A stretch of DNA of 64,000 bases, taken from positions 44,144,001-44,208,000 of the forward strand of contig NC_043015.1 in assembly GCF_006345805.1 (NCBI RefSeq), given 5' to 3'. The translations under genes were made by a program, and so were the position numbers. Shown here one piece after another: positions 1 through 13,790 of this stretch. Origin of the DNA: Octopus sinensis. Lineage: Eukaryota. Position 1 is the first letter of the stretch. Each line of letters begins with the position of its first letter. Below the pieces are notes generated by a model. That model saw nothing but the letters and a program-made list of their open reading frames with translations. It ran no database searches and was not told the origin of the DNA.

Positions 1-346
1 ATCCCCAACCATACATATATTCATCGTTGTCGTCGTCATCATCTTCTTCTTCATCATCATCCATGTCTGGTTGTCGGCTTCAAGGTCGTCGTCTAGGTCG
101 GCGGCCTCTTCCTCCTCTTCACGTCGTTGTCGTCGCCCCCTTTAACATCGTCGTTTCCGTCGAATCGTTGTCATTTTCGTCGTCGTTGTCGTCGTCGTCA
201 TCATCATTTTATTTCGTTCCAAGTATTTCTACATATATCTTTGATGTTTGTGACTCAAAACAAAATTAATACGTTGCCTTTTTTATTAATTTTATTTTTA
301 CTATTTCTCCTCTCCACCCCCAACCCATCCTTCTTCGACCCCCTAC

Positions 347-440
347 CTACACACTGCACACAGACTGCGATACCAATCTGAAACAGTTGCGCTGCTGGTA
401 GGCCACGTGGCAACAACGACGTCGCTGTCTTGGCCGACAT
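347..440 (-). CDS. Candidate first coding exon encoding a signal-peptide-like N-terminus (MSAKTATSLLPRGLPAAQLFQIGIAVCVQCV); the gene would continue left of the window
   Basis: ATG in ACAAAATG context; locally GC-rich unique sequence; basic residue followed by a hydrophobic stretch; phase-1 donor TAG|GTAGGG at 347/346. Product not identifiable. Confidence 0.45.
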
Positions 441-934
441 TTTGTTAACACGTTGGTAGCGAAGTGAGATAATATGGCGGAAGGGAAGGAAAAAATAGTG
501 AATGAGATTGGAGAAGGTGAGGCTCAGGTGATAGTATCAACGTAAAAAGAGCCAGGGAAAAACAGATGCTCATTGAGGTGCGAAGAAAAGAGATGGATAC
601 TGTCAAAAGAAATCAAGTGGAAAAATGAAAAATCGGCAAAAGTTGCACATTATTCGCTTCATCTTCCTACTCCTACTTCGTCTATGCCTCTTTCTTCTTC
701 TTCTTCATTATAGAAGAAATAAAAAAGTAAGAACAAAATTATAGGAGGGAAGAAAACGAAGAATTGTGTAAATATATCAAATATTATAAATGAATTGTGG
801 GATAGTCAAGGTCTTAAAGAGTAAAAATGAAATTTGAAGAATAAAGAATTTTGATTTAGAATGATCTAGAAATGACCGAAGTAAATGTATGTGGGAGGAA
901 ATTACTGGGAAGTTTGTTAGGGAGCGATTGAGAG

Positions 935-1339
935 AAAGATAGATGCAGATAGACAGATAGACAGATAGATAACTAGCTAGATAGAGATAGATAGATAAAT
1001 AGGTAGATAGATAGATATATATATAGATAGATAGATAGATGGATGGATAGATAGATAGATAGATAGATAGACAGATATATATATAGATAAATAGATTGAT
1101 AGATACATACAGATAAATAGATAGATAGATAAATAGATAGATAGATAGATAGATACAGATAGATAGATAGACAAATAGAAAGGCAGATAAATAGATAAAT
1201 ACAGATAGATAGATAGATAGATAGATAGATAAATAAAGAGACCAATATAGATATACATAGATAGACAGGTAGATATTCAGAGATAGAGAGGACTGTATAG
1301 TTAAGAGAAAGATCAACAAGAAGAGAAACACAGAGAGCG

Positions 1340-1380
<41 letters not shown>

Positions 1381-1570
1381 TAAGGCAGAGAGAGAGAGAG
1401 ATTAGAGACGAAAAGAGGCAAAACAAACAAGTAAAAGATAGCTATATCTTCGTGAGAGAAAGTAGAGTGTGAGATTGAGAAGAGATAGACGACGTGTGTG
1501 CGTGTGTGTGTGCGCGGGAGTTTGCTCGCTGGTGTGAGAGAGTAAGGCAAAGCTAGTGTGTGTGTAAGAG

Positions 1571-1615
<45 letters not shown>

Positions 1616-1740
1616 GAGAAAGAAGAGAGAGAGGAGAGAGAGAGATGGAAAATAGAGAGGAAAAGAGAGATAGAATGATTGAGAGACACTACGAAGAGAG
1701 AACGAAAGAGATATAAAATTAATAACAAGAAGAGCAGAAG
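935..1740 (+). repeat. Compound (GATA)n and (GA)n microsatellites
   Basis: Direct reading; accounts for the YLSI/SLSL pseudo-ORFs. Confidence 0.95.
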
Positions 1741-2082
1741 GATAAAGGAACGGGACGGAATGGGACAGGCGTACACAGATATTATTCGTTTATTATTCAT
1801 CATATTTTACTGGTTACACTGTTTTCGTTGAAGCCATGCCAGAATAAGGCGTGGGTGCCACTTCTAATGATTTTAGAAGATTCTACCAGTGTTTAGTCAT
1901 TTTTTAATTTTATATGTTTCTATCGAAAGATTGCATACACCTTTGGCAAAAAAGTGCGTAACTAAATAGATACCTCTAGGCATTATTTCATTCTTCAGAG
2001 ATGCTCTGCCGATTGAGTCATCTTGAAACTTGTCCTTTCAAAATTATTCCATCTTATTTCACGAAGTGAATGTCTCACGTAA

Positions 2083-2385
2083 CTGGTGCCCCGTCGGTTA
2101 CGGCGACGAGGGTTCAGCCGATCCGATCGAAGGAACAGCCTGCTCGTGAAGTTAACGTGCAAGTGGGCCGAGCGCTCTGTACACCCGTGTGACCTTGACG
2201 TAGTTCACAGGGAGATTGAGCGAGATTGAGCGAGACACAAACTGTGACAAGGCTGGCCCTTTGAAATAGAGATACGACTCATTATTGCCAGCTGAGTGGA
2301 CTGGAGCAACGTACCGCCGAGAAACGAACTCACAATCCTACGATCGTAAGTCGAACACCCTGGCTACTAAGTTACGTGCCTTCAC
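2083..2385 (-). mobile_element. tRNA-derived SINE (D-type head, type-1 tail) with 16-bp TSD
   Basis: TSD TGAATGTCTCAYGTAA at 2067-2082 and 2386-2401; head matches 11778; tail matches 53480-53670. Confidence 0.85.
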
Positions 2386-2498
2386 TGAATGTCTCATGTA
2401 ATCATATATATATATATATATACTTGTTTGATATGTTTGCTAAGTACCAATAGAGGAACCTCTTGGACCTTGAGTCACTCTGGAAGTTCTGCTAAATA

Positions 2499-2537
<39 letters not shown>

Positions 2538-2756
2538 TATATATATATTTAGCATTTAATAACTTAATATATAAAACAAAACATCTAGCACCAAGAAAAA
2601 TACCTGGTACTTATTCAATCGACCTTCTCTGTTGGAGCTCAAATTTACGGGGAAATAAACAATCTATCTATATTCCCCTCACCAGAGAAATACTTGAAGA
2701 CTTAAAACATAGCGAAGATGCACAATATCTGCCTGGCTAACGAACATGAATTTAAG

Positions 2757-3091
2757 TACCAGTGCATAACTGGTACTTAATTTATCGACCCTGAAATGAT
2801 GAAAGGCAAAGTCGACCTCGGCGGAATTTGAACTCAGAACGTAACGGCAGACGAAATACCTATTTCTTTACTACCCACAAGGGGCTAAACACAGAGGGGA
2901 GAAACAAGGACAGACAAACGGAATAAGTCGGTTACATCGACCCCAGTGCGTAACTGGTACTTAATTTATCGACCCCGAAAGGATGAAAGGCAAAGTCGAC
3001 CTCGGCGGAATTTGAACTCAGAACGTAACGGCGGACGAAATACCGCAAAGCATTTCGCCCGGCGTGCTAACGTTTCTGCCAGCTCGTCGCC
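2757..3091 (-). mobile_element. SINE family B, monomer plus partial second unit
   Basis: A-box-like TGGCAGAAACGTTAGC, B box GAGTTCAAATTC and body CCTTTCATCCTTTCGGGGTCGATAAA, shared with more than 10 other copies. Confidence 0.9.
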
Positions 3092-3132
3092 TTTCGTAGC
3101 TTGCATTCTATTTACTACTAACCCATTCATCA

Positions 3133-3169
<37 letters not shown>

Positions 3170-3619
3170 GTTGCTGCTTTGTTGTTATTTTTTTTACTAT
3201 TATTTCGTTGACCTCTGTAGTGCACAAACTGCACATATTTGATTTACGGGCAAATGTCTAAATTTGTGAAAAGTAAAAAAAAAAACTTTAATAAATCAAT
3301 TGCTGCGTCGCTTATGTGCATACAAAAACACGCATACTTACACACACACACACACAAACACACGCAAACAAACACACACATCTACTAACACGCACGCATG
3401 CACAAACATGCGCGCGCGCAAATGATGATATGTGTGAGTACGTGTATTTGGTGCCTGTGAATATTGCGCTGTGTTTATGCCTCCGTTTGCGAACATGGCC
3501 ATATGGCCATGTGATAAATGACGACACCCAACACCTCTCTCATGCGGGTCAGGTCTACATGTGCTTGATATTATCTGAAGGTGAAAACTTGTGCTTCACA
3601 TTAATCATATGCATACACA

Positions 3620-3754
3620 CACATACAAACTTACATACATACATATATATAATGTGTGTGTGTATCTATCTATCTATATATATATGAGATATATATAATG
3701 TATATATACATATGTATGCATAAAATCACACACACATATATGTATGTAATATGC

Positions 3755-3823
<69 letters not shown>

Positions 3824-3825
3824 AT

Positions 3826-3856
<31 letters not shown>

Positions 3857-4006
3857 CTATGTATATATATTATATACACATATATATATATATGTATATA
3901 CATATTATACATATATTAAAATTGCATAGAATTACTCACATATATATGTATAGGATGTAAATATGCAGTTTATATATATATATTATATATATATATTTTA
4001 TAATAT

Positions 4007-4063
<57 letters not shown>

Positions 4064-4111
4064 GTATATATTTATAAATGTACACATAAACATACATAAA
4101 TATATATGCCT

Positions 4112-4142
<31 letters not shown>

Positions 4143-4410
4143 TCATATTCACACACACATATATATATAAATATATATATATATGCACACACAAACGTGT
4201 GAGTGTCACTATATGTAAAGATATGCATATAAGTATCTACAAATACACACATATGCAGAGCATTAAAGCGCACATGCATACACTCACACAAACACATGTT
4301 CACAGGCACATACACACAGACACACAGAGGCACACACACACAGAGGCACACACACACACAGAAGCACAGGCACACACACAAACACACACACACATACACA
4401 CATACATACA
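3620..4410 (+). repeat. (TA)n/(CA)n low-complexity tract
   Basis: Direct reading. Confidence 0.95.
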
Positions 4411-5157
4411 AATTTCCCTTTGGTATATATTATTTACGTGAAGTAGTCTGGTACGCAATGAAGAGAAAATTGGTGCTCATAGTGACGATACAATCGTAGA
4501 ACACAAGTGAGAGAAAATGGCCGACATTTTCTCATTACATCTTCTCACTACCGACCTGATGTCAGATACCGATATTTTCATCCACCATCACACTTTATTT
4601 CAACCTAGAAGTTCAATATAAAAATCTCACTTCAGCATGTCTTCCTAGTTTTCATAACCTTATCAATTTCCAGCACTGAATCTACTCTAACTTTGCAAAG
4701 TTCTTACAAAGAGATTCATATGACTAGCCGCTTTTTCACCGACGGCTATATAGTTCTTTGACACAAGTAAGGGTAGATTTGTAAAGCATAATCTTAAAGT
4801 ACAGATATTATTTTTGAGTTTAAACATATCTGTCACTATCAGCGTTTGACTAGAATCACCGTTGGTTCAACTGTTGCTGGAGACAAATCTAACATGGCGA
4901 TCTTTTTCTGCGTATCGCGATGGTCGATTATCACGATTCTCATATCCGTAAAAGAGACTTTCACAATAAATATTCACGTTGGCGTAGGCGTAATATGGGA
5001 GATGACCGACACAAAACTGAAGTAAAATATGTGCTAATGTTAACCTTTCGTTGCCACAACCATAAGCACATAATGTTATCAAACATTAGATCGGTTATAA
5101 ACACTTACTGAGTCTCACACAAAAGCACACAGAGACACAATTATATTCTTTTCTTTG

Positions 5158-5340
5158 TAGTTTGATCGTAGGTGATCTACTTCTAGCATACGGCTGACCA
5201 CCTAGTGGTTTTTCAGCCCTTTAAATATACACATGGATTAGAATTTTCTCTGATTTTTCAGATTTTTGTATGCTAGGCTACTGGTTTTAAATTGATATTA
5301 ATTAAATTAATATTCAATTTATCTCCCTCATTATTTAAAT
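5158..5340. repeat. Unclassified dispersed ~180-bp repeat (second copy 49452-49631)
   Basis: Two near-identical copies starting TAGTTTGATCGTAGGTGATCTACTTCTAGCA and ending CATTATTTAAAT. Confidence 0.85.
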
Positions 5341-7185
5341 GTTTATATATATATATATAACTTGCTGGCCTGGTGTCAAAATTTGATATCGGTATTATCG
5401 TTGTTGTTCGTTGTGTGGTGTTCAGAACTGAGAGTAGCTTTAAGCGTCATGAAGAGGAGAACTTCTTCATATTTTCCTCCAATCACGAAACAGCATCGTT
5501 TTTCTTCCTCTTACAGGAAGTCTGTAACGCCCAAATCAGAAAGCCAGTGTTTTTTTTCCTTAGCTCAGTCAATGATGAGATCAAGTAACACGAGAGGTTG
5601 ATATTCGAGGCCTCGGGTAGCGCAGACATAGAAGTTCTTATGTATTTGTTTTAATACGTGTCTTGGTTATTGATATTCGAATGCACAGAGTCTTTATAAC
5701 AAACTCTGTACATGATAGTCGATACACACACACTCACATACTTACACAAACAAAACAAAGACAAGTTGCCGCTTTCTGATTTGACGAAAATAAGAAAATG
5801 CTTTCCGCTAAGTTCTTATCTAGATAATGCGTAAATCTACCCTGACCTGTAGAAAAAAAAATGACGAGAAAGAAAAACGAACAACGAAGTACATGAATGC
5901 CAGAGCTGTATACCTATCTTTTGTGTGTGTGTTTGTGTGTGTGTGTATGTTTGTTTATTGTATGTCCAAGTGTGTGTGTGTGTGTGCTTATATTTTGTAG
6001 CACTGTGAGTCCTCTATGGTTGCTAAGTAAAGATATATATATTGGCTAGCTGATGGTATGTCTATCAAGATGTCTGTTATCTACATACATACATACATAC
6101 ATACTACATACATACATACATTATATATATATATATTATATATATATATATATATATGTATGTATGCATGTATTATATATATATATATATATTCATATAC
6201 ATATGTATATATGTATATATACAGTCTTGTATGTTATAAACTATACGCATATGCATTATACCTGCATACATATATACATACATACATACGTCAACACGCG
6301 CACACACACATATATATTTGTACATGTACACACATACATATACAAACATGTACAACATAGGAATATACAAACGCACACATGCATATATGCACCCACATGC
6401 ACACACACACATACTATATATTACATCACATTTCATTTCAACTTTCCCTCTTTTCCCTCTTTCTACATTTTTTTTTACCAGGAGTGTCGTTACTTCAGTA
6501 TCACTCATTCTATATTAAATTTCTATCTATGGAAATCTATTACTTACGATTCCAATTCCATAACTCTTATTTCCTGATTTAATTAAAGATATTTATCTCG
6601 TCTGGTTGCATCGACTTATACAGGACTGAATTTTTTCCTCTAATATTTTAGCATATTTGTTCTATTTAAGGGTCAGATATATTAAGTAGACGGCTGTGTT
6701 TATTGAGAACGGCGCAATGTGCGAACATATGCATTCATGTAATTATATATACAGACATCACTGTATCTACAGATCATCGGATGTTGCAGTATATCACTGG
6801 TCACAATGCGCTTCTAATTCTTTTACTATTGCGCTATTCTGGCATAAATCGACATCTTGGTCTAAATCGGTCAACTAAATCGTCTTTCTATCGTCGCTGA
6901 GGCATTCCGAATGGCCTTTTCTGATTTCTTGGATATCACTCGGCAACGGCACGGGTTCTCGTGTTGTCTGTGAACGTTGCAACATGTCCGGCTCTGAGGA
7001 ACTTGTGCTTCCGGTTTTCACATCCGTTTCCGGTTCATTCCGTTTCCATTTTCGAACTATTTCATTTAGGGCATGCTTTCTTAATTACGTTCCGAGCATG
7101 CATCTTTTCATGGTTCTTTAAGTCCTAGTGGTTACATTAGATAATATATATATATATATATATATAATATATATATATATATATA

Positions 7186-7590
7186 GGCGCAGGAGTGGCT
7201 GTGTGGTAAGTAGCTTGCTAGCCAACCACATGGTTCCGGGTTCAGTCCCACTGCGTGGTACCTTGGGCAAGTGTCTTCTGCTATAGCCCCGGGCCGACCA
7301 ATGCCTTGTGAGTGGATTTGGTAGACGGAAACTGAAAGAAGCCTGTCGTATATATGTATATATATATGTGTATGTGTGTGTGTCTGTGTTTGTCCCCCTA
7401 GCATTGCTTGACAACCGATGCTGGTGTGTTTACGTCCCCGTCACTTAGCGGTTCGGCAAAAGAGACCGATAGAATAAGTACTGGGCTTACAAAGAATAAG
7501 TCCCGGGGTCGATTTGCTCGATTTGCTCGACTCCAGCATGGCCGCAGTCAAATGACTGAAACAAGTAAAAGAGTAAAAGAGTAAAAAAAG
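7186..7590 (+). mobile_element. SINE family A, full length (tRNA head, CORE-like ACCTTGGGCAAGT, internal TA/TG microsatellite, GTAAAAGA tail)
   Basis: A/B-box-like motifs TGGCTGTGTGGTAAG and GGTTCAGTCCC; about 10 copies in the window. Confidence 0.9.
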
Positions 7591-8459
7591 TATATATACA
7601 CCTAACATCTCCTGAACAGCTGAAAGTAGGCGCCTACAGCAAAAATTACGTTCCTGGAGAGAGAAGTATAGAGACTGATAGCAACTGGCTCGGTGTGAGC
7701 GATAATAGCAGATAGGTAACCGGTGTAGAGGAAGGAGAGTGGAGAAGATAAAAACCGAAGCACATGCCCTCATGACGGTCTGAGAGAAAGCCCTATTATT
7801 CAGGGCAGATGGGCGGAGGTCACAAACAGGTATTTCTGTCATTATGTTGACATGCTAGCTACGGTTGGATGCGTTTATTGATCTCGAGTTGAATAACAGT
7901 TATTTTCACCAAATTCCTCGAGATTTTTGGACTACTCGAGAGTGATAAAGGGAAGTAGGTGTCCAATAGTTGTGGCTTTATGACATCGGTACTGGCAGTC
8001 GTTCGGTGAAGGAGAAGAGAGAGAGAGAGAGAGAGAGAAAACGAGAAAGCTAGAGTGAGAGAGAGAGAGAGAGAGAGAAAGGGGGTGAGAATGAGAGAGA
8101 GAGAGAGAAAAGAGAGAAAGACAGAGGGAGCTAGATAGATAGAGTGAGGGAGTGAGAGAGTGAGAAAGAGAGAGAAATTAAAGGTGTTTTCAAACGGTTG
8201 TTGCCAGAAGTTTTGTTGCCAGAGACTTGCGTGCCTGACGCGGTCCAATGCTTCACATCTGGCAATCAGTCAAAGCTTCTGCTAATCATATATCGATTTC
8301 TAATGCTGGAATATGACCAGAAATACTTACGGCTGTGTACAGTCGACTAGATCGAACACAGTACGTTACTGGTATTATGTTGTCAAGTGAAATGAATTAA
8401 AAGGTAATTCACACTCGGCAGGATTAGTATTTTGTTTGACCTATTCGCTTAATTCTAGG

Positions 8460-8600
8460 CGGCAAGATGACAGAATCGTTATCATGTCAGAAATAGAAGA
8501 AAATGCTTGTTGTGGATTTGTTCAGGTTCTTTCCGTTTTGAGTACAAATTCCGGCGAGGTAAACTGAGCCTTTCATCCGTTTTTGGGGTCTATAAATCAG
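8460..8600 (+). mobile_element. Diverged SINE family B fragment
   Basis: Degenerate match to CAGAATCGTT...GAGTTCAAATTCC...CCTTTCATCC...GGGGTC. Confidence 0.65.
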
Positions 8601-8607
8601 AGTAACG

Positions 8608-8772
8608 GGCGCAGGAGTGGCTGAGTGGTAAGTAGCTTGATTACCAACCACATGGTTCTGGGTTCAGTCCCACTGAGTGACACCTTGGGCAATTATCTTC
8701 TACTATAGCCTCCGGCCGACCAGAGCCGGGTGAGTGGATTTGGTAGACGGAAACTGAAAGAAGCCCGTCGTA
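8608..8772 (+). mobile_element. SINE family A, 5' half
   Basis: Matches 7186-7350. Confidence 0.88.
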
Positions 8773-8959
8773 TATATGTATATGCATATATATATATATA
8801 TATATATAGACAAGAATAAGAAACATATCACCAGATGGTAAATATTTAGAGCTTGATGTGTAGAGAATCATCTGAAAGTCAAGTCAAGTCATCTGAACAG
8901 GGGGTTCAACTTATATGGAATAGTAGGAATCCCATCAGACTCAACCCTAATGAAAATAA

Positions 8960-9026
8960 ATCATTATCAACATCGTCATCGTCGTCATCTTCATCATCAT
9001 CGTTGTCATCATCATCATCATCGTTG

Positions 9027-9062
<36 letters not shown>

Positions 9063-9206
9063 CCATCATCATCATCCTCACCATCATCACCATCATCATC
9101 ATCAACATCATCCTCGCACCATCATCCTCATCATCATCATCACTATCATCATCCTCACCATCATCATCACCATCATCATCCTTACCACCACCACCACCAT
9201 CATCCT

Positions 9207-9269
<63 letters not shown>

Positions 9270-9310
9270 CACCACCACCACCACCACCACCATCATGACC
9301 ACCATCATCC
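8960..9310 (+). repeat. (CAT)n/(CAC)n trinucleotide microsatellite
   Basis: Direct reading; source of the poly-His/Ser/Ile ORFs. Confidence 0.95.
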
Positions 9311-10131
9311 CGTCCTTACTGTAGTCGTCACTTGCACACAGCGCTGTTAAGGTTAGGAATTCTAAACAGACAGCTTTCCTACTTTTTATTTACACCCATT
9401 CTGAAACACAAATGCAAAAACTAACAAAAAAAAACAACAAACAAACAAAAAATAACCAAACTCCCGCTTCACAAAATGGAGTAAATTTCATCTGAAATTC
9501 TGATACCATTAATCATGAATTTGTACTAACTTGGTATACTTAATAAAACAAAAAAAAAAAAAAAAAAAACCCCAACAAAATACAATAAACACCCCCAAAA
9601 AAAAATAATAAAATAAAAAATTAATTACAATAACAATATGTAGAATCGCATCATTAATGTGTTATGTTCCGATGCATCAACATGGAGTTGCATATAGTTG
9701 AATCGTCTGCAAAGCAATCGATAACTGACACAGATTGAGCGAAAATAATATCTCTCTTGCGTTTGGCACACTTTAAGAAAGCTTTTACAATCTGCAAACC
9801 AAGCAAGTTTTGTTCAAATCGTTTCTGGGTGAGAGATGTTTAGACAACAATATATAGAAACTGCAGCTCGGGGTTTCAGCCGGAATGTGGCATTCGTTTT
9901 CGCTGTTTGTCCGTGTGTGAGTGTGCGTGTGCGCGTGTGTGCGTGTGTATGTGTGTGTATGTGTATGTGTGTGTGTGCGTGTGTGTGTGTGTGTATAATT
10001 TTACGCTCGCATGTGTGTATGCATGTACGTTTTTATATATGCATCCGTGTACATATGTATATATATGTATATATATATATATACATATATGTGTGTGTAT
10101 ATATACATGTATGTATATATATAGGCATGTA

Positions 10132-10183
<52 letters not shown>

Positions 10184-10207
10184 ATTCTATCTATCAGTCT
10201 ATCTATC

Positions 10208-11285
10208 GCGAGTGTCGCGTTGCTCTCAAGCAACTCTGCCGTCCTGGGTCGACCTTGAGTGACTTCAACACAACCAAGGCATTCTATAGGGGTTTAGTGG
10301 AGGGGAGGTACGACGACGAGCTCGGGGCGAACCTGGACGTCGATGAGGAGTACCTGACCCGCCTGTTCAGGACGACTTTCGGGCCAGGGCCCATGGACAA
10401 CTTCCAGAGATCCCTGGCCTGGCAGTGCTACCGAGAAACGCTGCCCGTTCGGGATAAGCTCTACAGACACGGCTCGAGAAACACGGGCCGACCTGCCCGA
10501 GATGCGGTCAGAGCGACGAACCGTTCTGCACGCAATCGTGCAGTGTCCAAACAATTTCCGACCTGTGGGCTTATGTCGAACAACTGCGTCACGTGTGGGA
10601 CGAGTGGTTTATCAGCTGAGTCTATCGTCATATTGTCACGCCTCCCTCCTTCAAACGGGAAGGAAGAGCTATTTCATCATCCTTGTGGCTATGGCGAAAG
10701 AATGTATCTGGTGGACGCGTCTGAAAGGATTGGAGACAAACACTTTCCTCTCTGGTCAATCTCTCATCAACTTCTTCAAGTACCACTTGAAAAGGAAAGT
10801 GAGAGTAGAGAGGCAAGTTTTGTCTAGCGAATGTTTTAAAAAAAGATGGGTGAATGTAGCAAGAATGGCACGTATGAATGACGAAGCCACCTTGAGCATG
10901 ATCCTATGAAACCCAGAAATTGAAAACAGAGAGTGCTTATTCGCAAAAAAAAGAAAAGAAATATAACATGTGACTCCATTGACCGAGGTTACCGTTGTCT
11001 TTTCCGTAGGCTTTTCTTTCCACGGGTAAACCTCACCTGTCCTCCCCTTTACACTTCATATTGACATTTCTGTGATAACGATCCCTATTGATCAATTTTT
11101 TTTTTTTTTTCCTTCCCCCCCTTTTTTTTAATCCCCCTTTTTTTTTGTCCTCTTTCTCTCTTTTACGATCCCTTTTGATCGAAACTCCCCCTTCCTTTTT
11201 TTTTTTTTTAAACCTTCAAAAGAAAAGTTCTACCTTGTAATTTGTTCTATCTGTGTGCAGCCCTGTGTGGCTAATAAAGAAACAT
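10208..11285 (+). mobile_element. 5'-truncated L1/Tx1-type LINE: ORF2 C-terminus (zf-RVT-like CCHC) plus 3' UTR, frameshifted
   Basis: Across frames reads AWQCYRETLPVRDKL..CPRCG...E.VLHAIVQCP...AKECIWWTR...FKKRW, stop at 10909; T-rich UTR; AATAAA near 11273, then (TATC)n. Confidence 0.85.
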
Positions 11286-11328
11286 ATCTATCCATCCATC
11301 CATCTATCTATCTATCTATCTATCTATC

Positions 11329-11378
<50 letters not shown>

Positions 11379-11387
11379 CATCCATCC

Positions 11388-11421
<34 letters not shown>

Positions 11422-11487
11422 ATATCTATCTATCTATCCACCATCTATCTATCTATCTATCTGTCTATCTATCTATATATCTGTCTG

Positions 11488-11532
<45 letters not shown>

Positions 11533-11777
11533 GTTAATTGAAATTATATATTTATAATATATATGTAGGTACATATGTGTGTGGAGGCGCAGGATGCGTG
11601 TGTAGGTATACAAACAGAAAAAAGGGAACGAGTGTGTATACACACACACACACAGAGCGACATGAGAGGGAATAAACTGTCGAAATATATTAACTGAGAG
11701 AGCTAAAACGCAGATCATGACTTCTTCCCAGAGCTTTTGTGCCTGATGTTAATTAACCCTAGGTTAGTCTTTATCTC

Positions 11778-12119
11778 ATGAAGGCGCATGACTCAGTGGT
11801 TAGAGCGTCAAGCTTACGATCGTGGGGTTGTGAGTTTGAACCCCTGACCGGGCTGCGTGTTGTGTTCTTGAGCAAGACACTTTATTTCACGTTGCTCCAG
11901 TTCACTCAGCTGTAGAAATGGATTGCGACGTCACAGGTGCCAAGCTGTATCGGCCCCTTTGCCTTTCCCTTGGATAACACTGGTGGCGTGGGGAGGGGAG
12001 GCTGGTACGCATGGGCGACTGCTGGTCTTCCAGAAACAACCTTGCCCAGACTTGTGCCTGGGAGGGTAACTTTCTAAGTGCAATCCCATGGTCATTCATA
12101 ATCGAGGGAGGTCTCAAAA
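11778..12119 (+). mobile_element. tRNA-derived SINE family D, full length, 12-bp TSD
   Basis: Head TGAAGGCGCATGACTCAGTGGTTAGAGC; CORE-like TTGAGCAAGACACT; TSD AGTCTTTATCTC at 11766-11777 and 12120-12131. Confidence 0.88.
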
Positions 12120-13368
12120 AGTCTTTATCTCGTAGTGCTATAATCAAATGTACGTTAGCCAAAAAAACAGTTTTTGCTTTCAAACATTGTATAATGTAGG
12201 GCTGAGAAATCGATTAACTTCCGTGTCATTTCTTTTGTAAAACAATTTGGTGTGATTCGATGTAGGTTTTGGACTATTATTTCTAGTACTTCGATCCTCT
12301 GCATACAAGCTCCTTTTTTTGTTGTTTCCTGCAATATATGGTAGCGTTACAATGTGTAATGTATGATGGCACATTATAAGGTATTTCATTGTTGTTGGTG
12401 TTTAATCCCGGATCAAACAGACCTATGACGAAAAGTGTTTCCACCCGTGACCATTCACTAGAATTCTACCATACACTTACTACAATATTAGCGTACATCT
12501 ATTTTTATGTATCCTATTTCTGTTATAGGAGGGTTAAATGCGTTATGAAGTAGATTTGGTTACTGGTAGCATGGCCAAGTACTTGCGTAAAGACAATTTA
12601 GTTCGTAAAAACTTGGTTTCTTTTCGTTTACCTTTACGTAGTTAGACGTTGCTGGAATATTCTAATGAGGTTGGGAGACAGGTGTAGTTCATAGACCACA
12701 CCAGGAAATAAACTTACATATGTTGAGTGATGCATGAATGAATGATTTATATCCCGGGAAGGAATAAATTAAAATACCATTGATTAAAAGCAATTAACCG
12801 TATAATTATTTAATATCCTGTCAATTATGTTGACCTCTATGCTATCATATCCTTCTGCTTGAATAATGCCCTAATATTTCCAATTTGGCTTAATCATTTG
12901 TAAACAATATACATGCATCAGATTAATGGGAAAATAAATGTTTCAAATGATTACTCATTAATTACAAGAAATTCAATTATATATTTTATTCGTCAGTGTA
13001 AAAGAATATATGTAGAAAAAAAAATATACGTATTTATAAAATTGTAAGTCCAGCAAAGAATTTGAAGGAAGAGAAAAGTAGTCAAATATAGATATAAGAA
13101 CCAAAATATAAACATAAGAACCATAACAAATTGGTGAATGTCACTACTTCGATAAATATTTACTGAGACACTGAAAGATTACATTAACAATCTGGTAGAA
13201 AGAAGGTATAATTAATAGTCTCCTAAGATTTTGGACATGAAACATGAAACTTCAGCTCTCGATATATATATGTTAGGTGTGTATGCAGTTTTATTGAAGC
13301 AGTGAGATTGTGTCGCGATGCAACGACGCAGTCTTCAGGAGAGAGACTCGTGTCGTGACACAAACCTA

Positions 13369-13790
13369 TACTCTTACTCTTTTACTCTTTTACTTGTTTC
13401 AGTCATTTGACTGCGGCCATGCTGGAGCACCACCTTTAGTCGAGCAACTCGACCCCGGGACTTATTCTTTTGTAAGCCCAGTACTTATTCTATCGGCCTC
13501 TTTTGCCGAACCGCTAAGTGACGGGGACGTAAACACACCAGCATCGGTTGTCAAGCAATGCTAGGGGCACAAACACAGACACACAAACATACACACACAC
13601 ACACACACACATATTTATATATATATACGACAGGCTTCTTTCAGTTTCCGTCTACCAAACCCACTCACAAGGCATAGGTCGGCCCGAGGCTATAGCAGAA
13701 GTCATTTGCCCAAGATGCCACGCACTGGGACTGAACCCGGAACCATGTGGTTGGTAAGCAAGCTACTTACCACACATCCACCCCTGCGCC
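13369..13790 (-). mobile_element. SINE family A, full length
   Basis: Reverse complement of 7186-7590. Confidence 0.9.

Noticed and set aside
4510-4533. Hairpin GAGAAAATG-GCCGA-CATTTTCTC as miRNA or terminator
   Set aside because: A 9-bp stem is too short and expected by chance.
5362-5601. 79-aa ORF with a hydrophobic start
   Set aside because: Non-ATG start, no recognisable domain and no convincing splice pair.
9907-10827. 306-aa host protein
   Set aside because: Microsatellite fused to a LINE ORF2 fragment.
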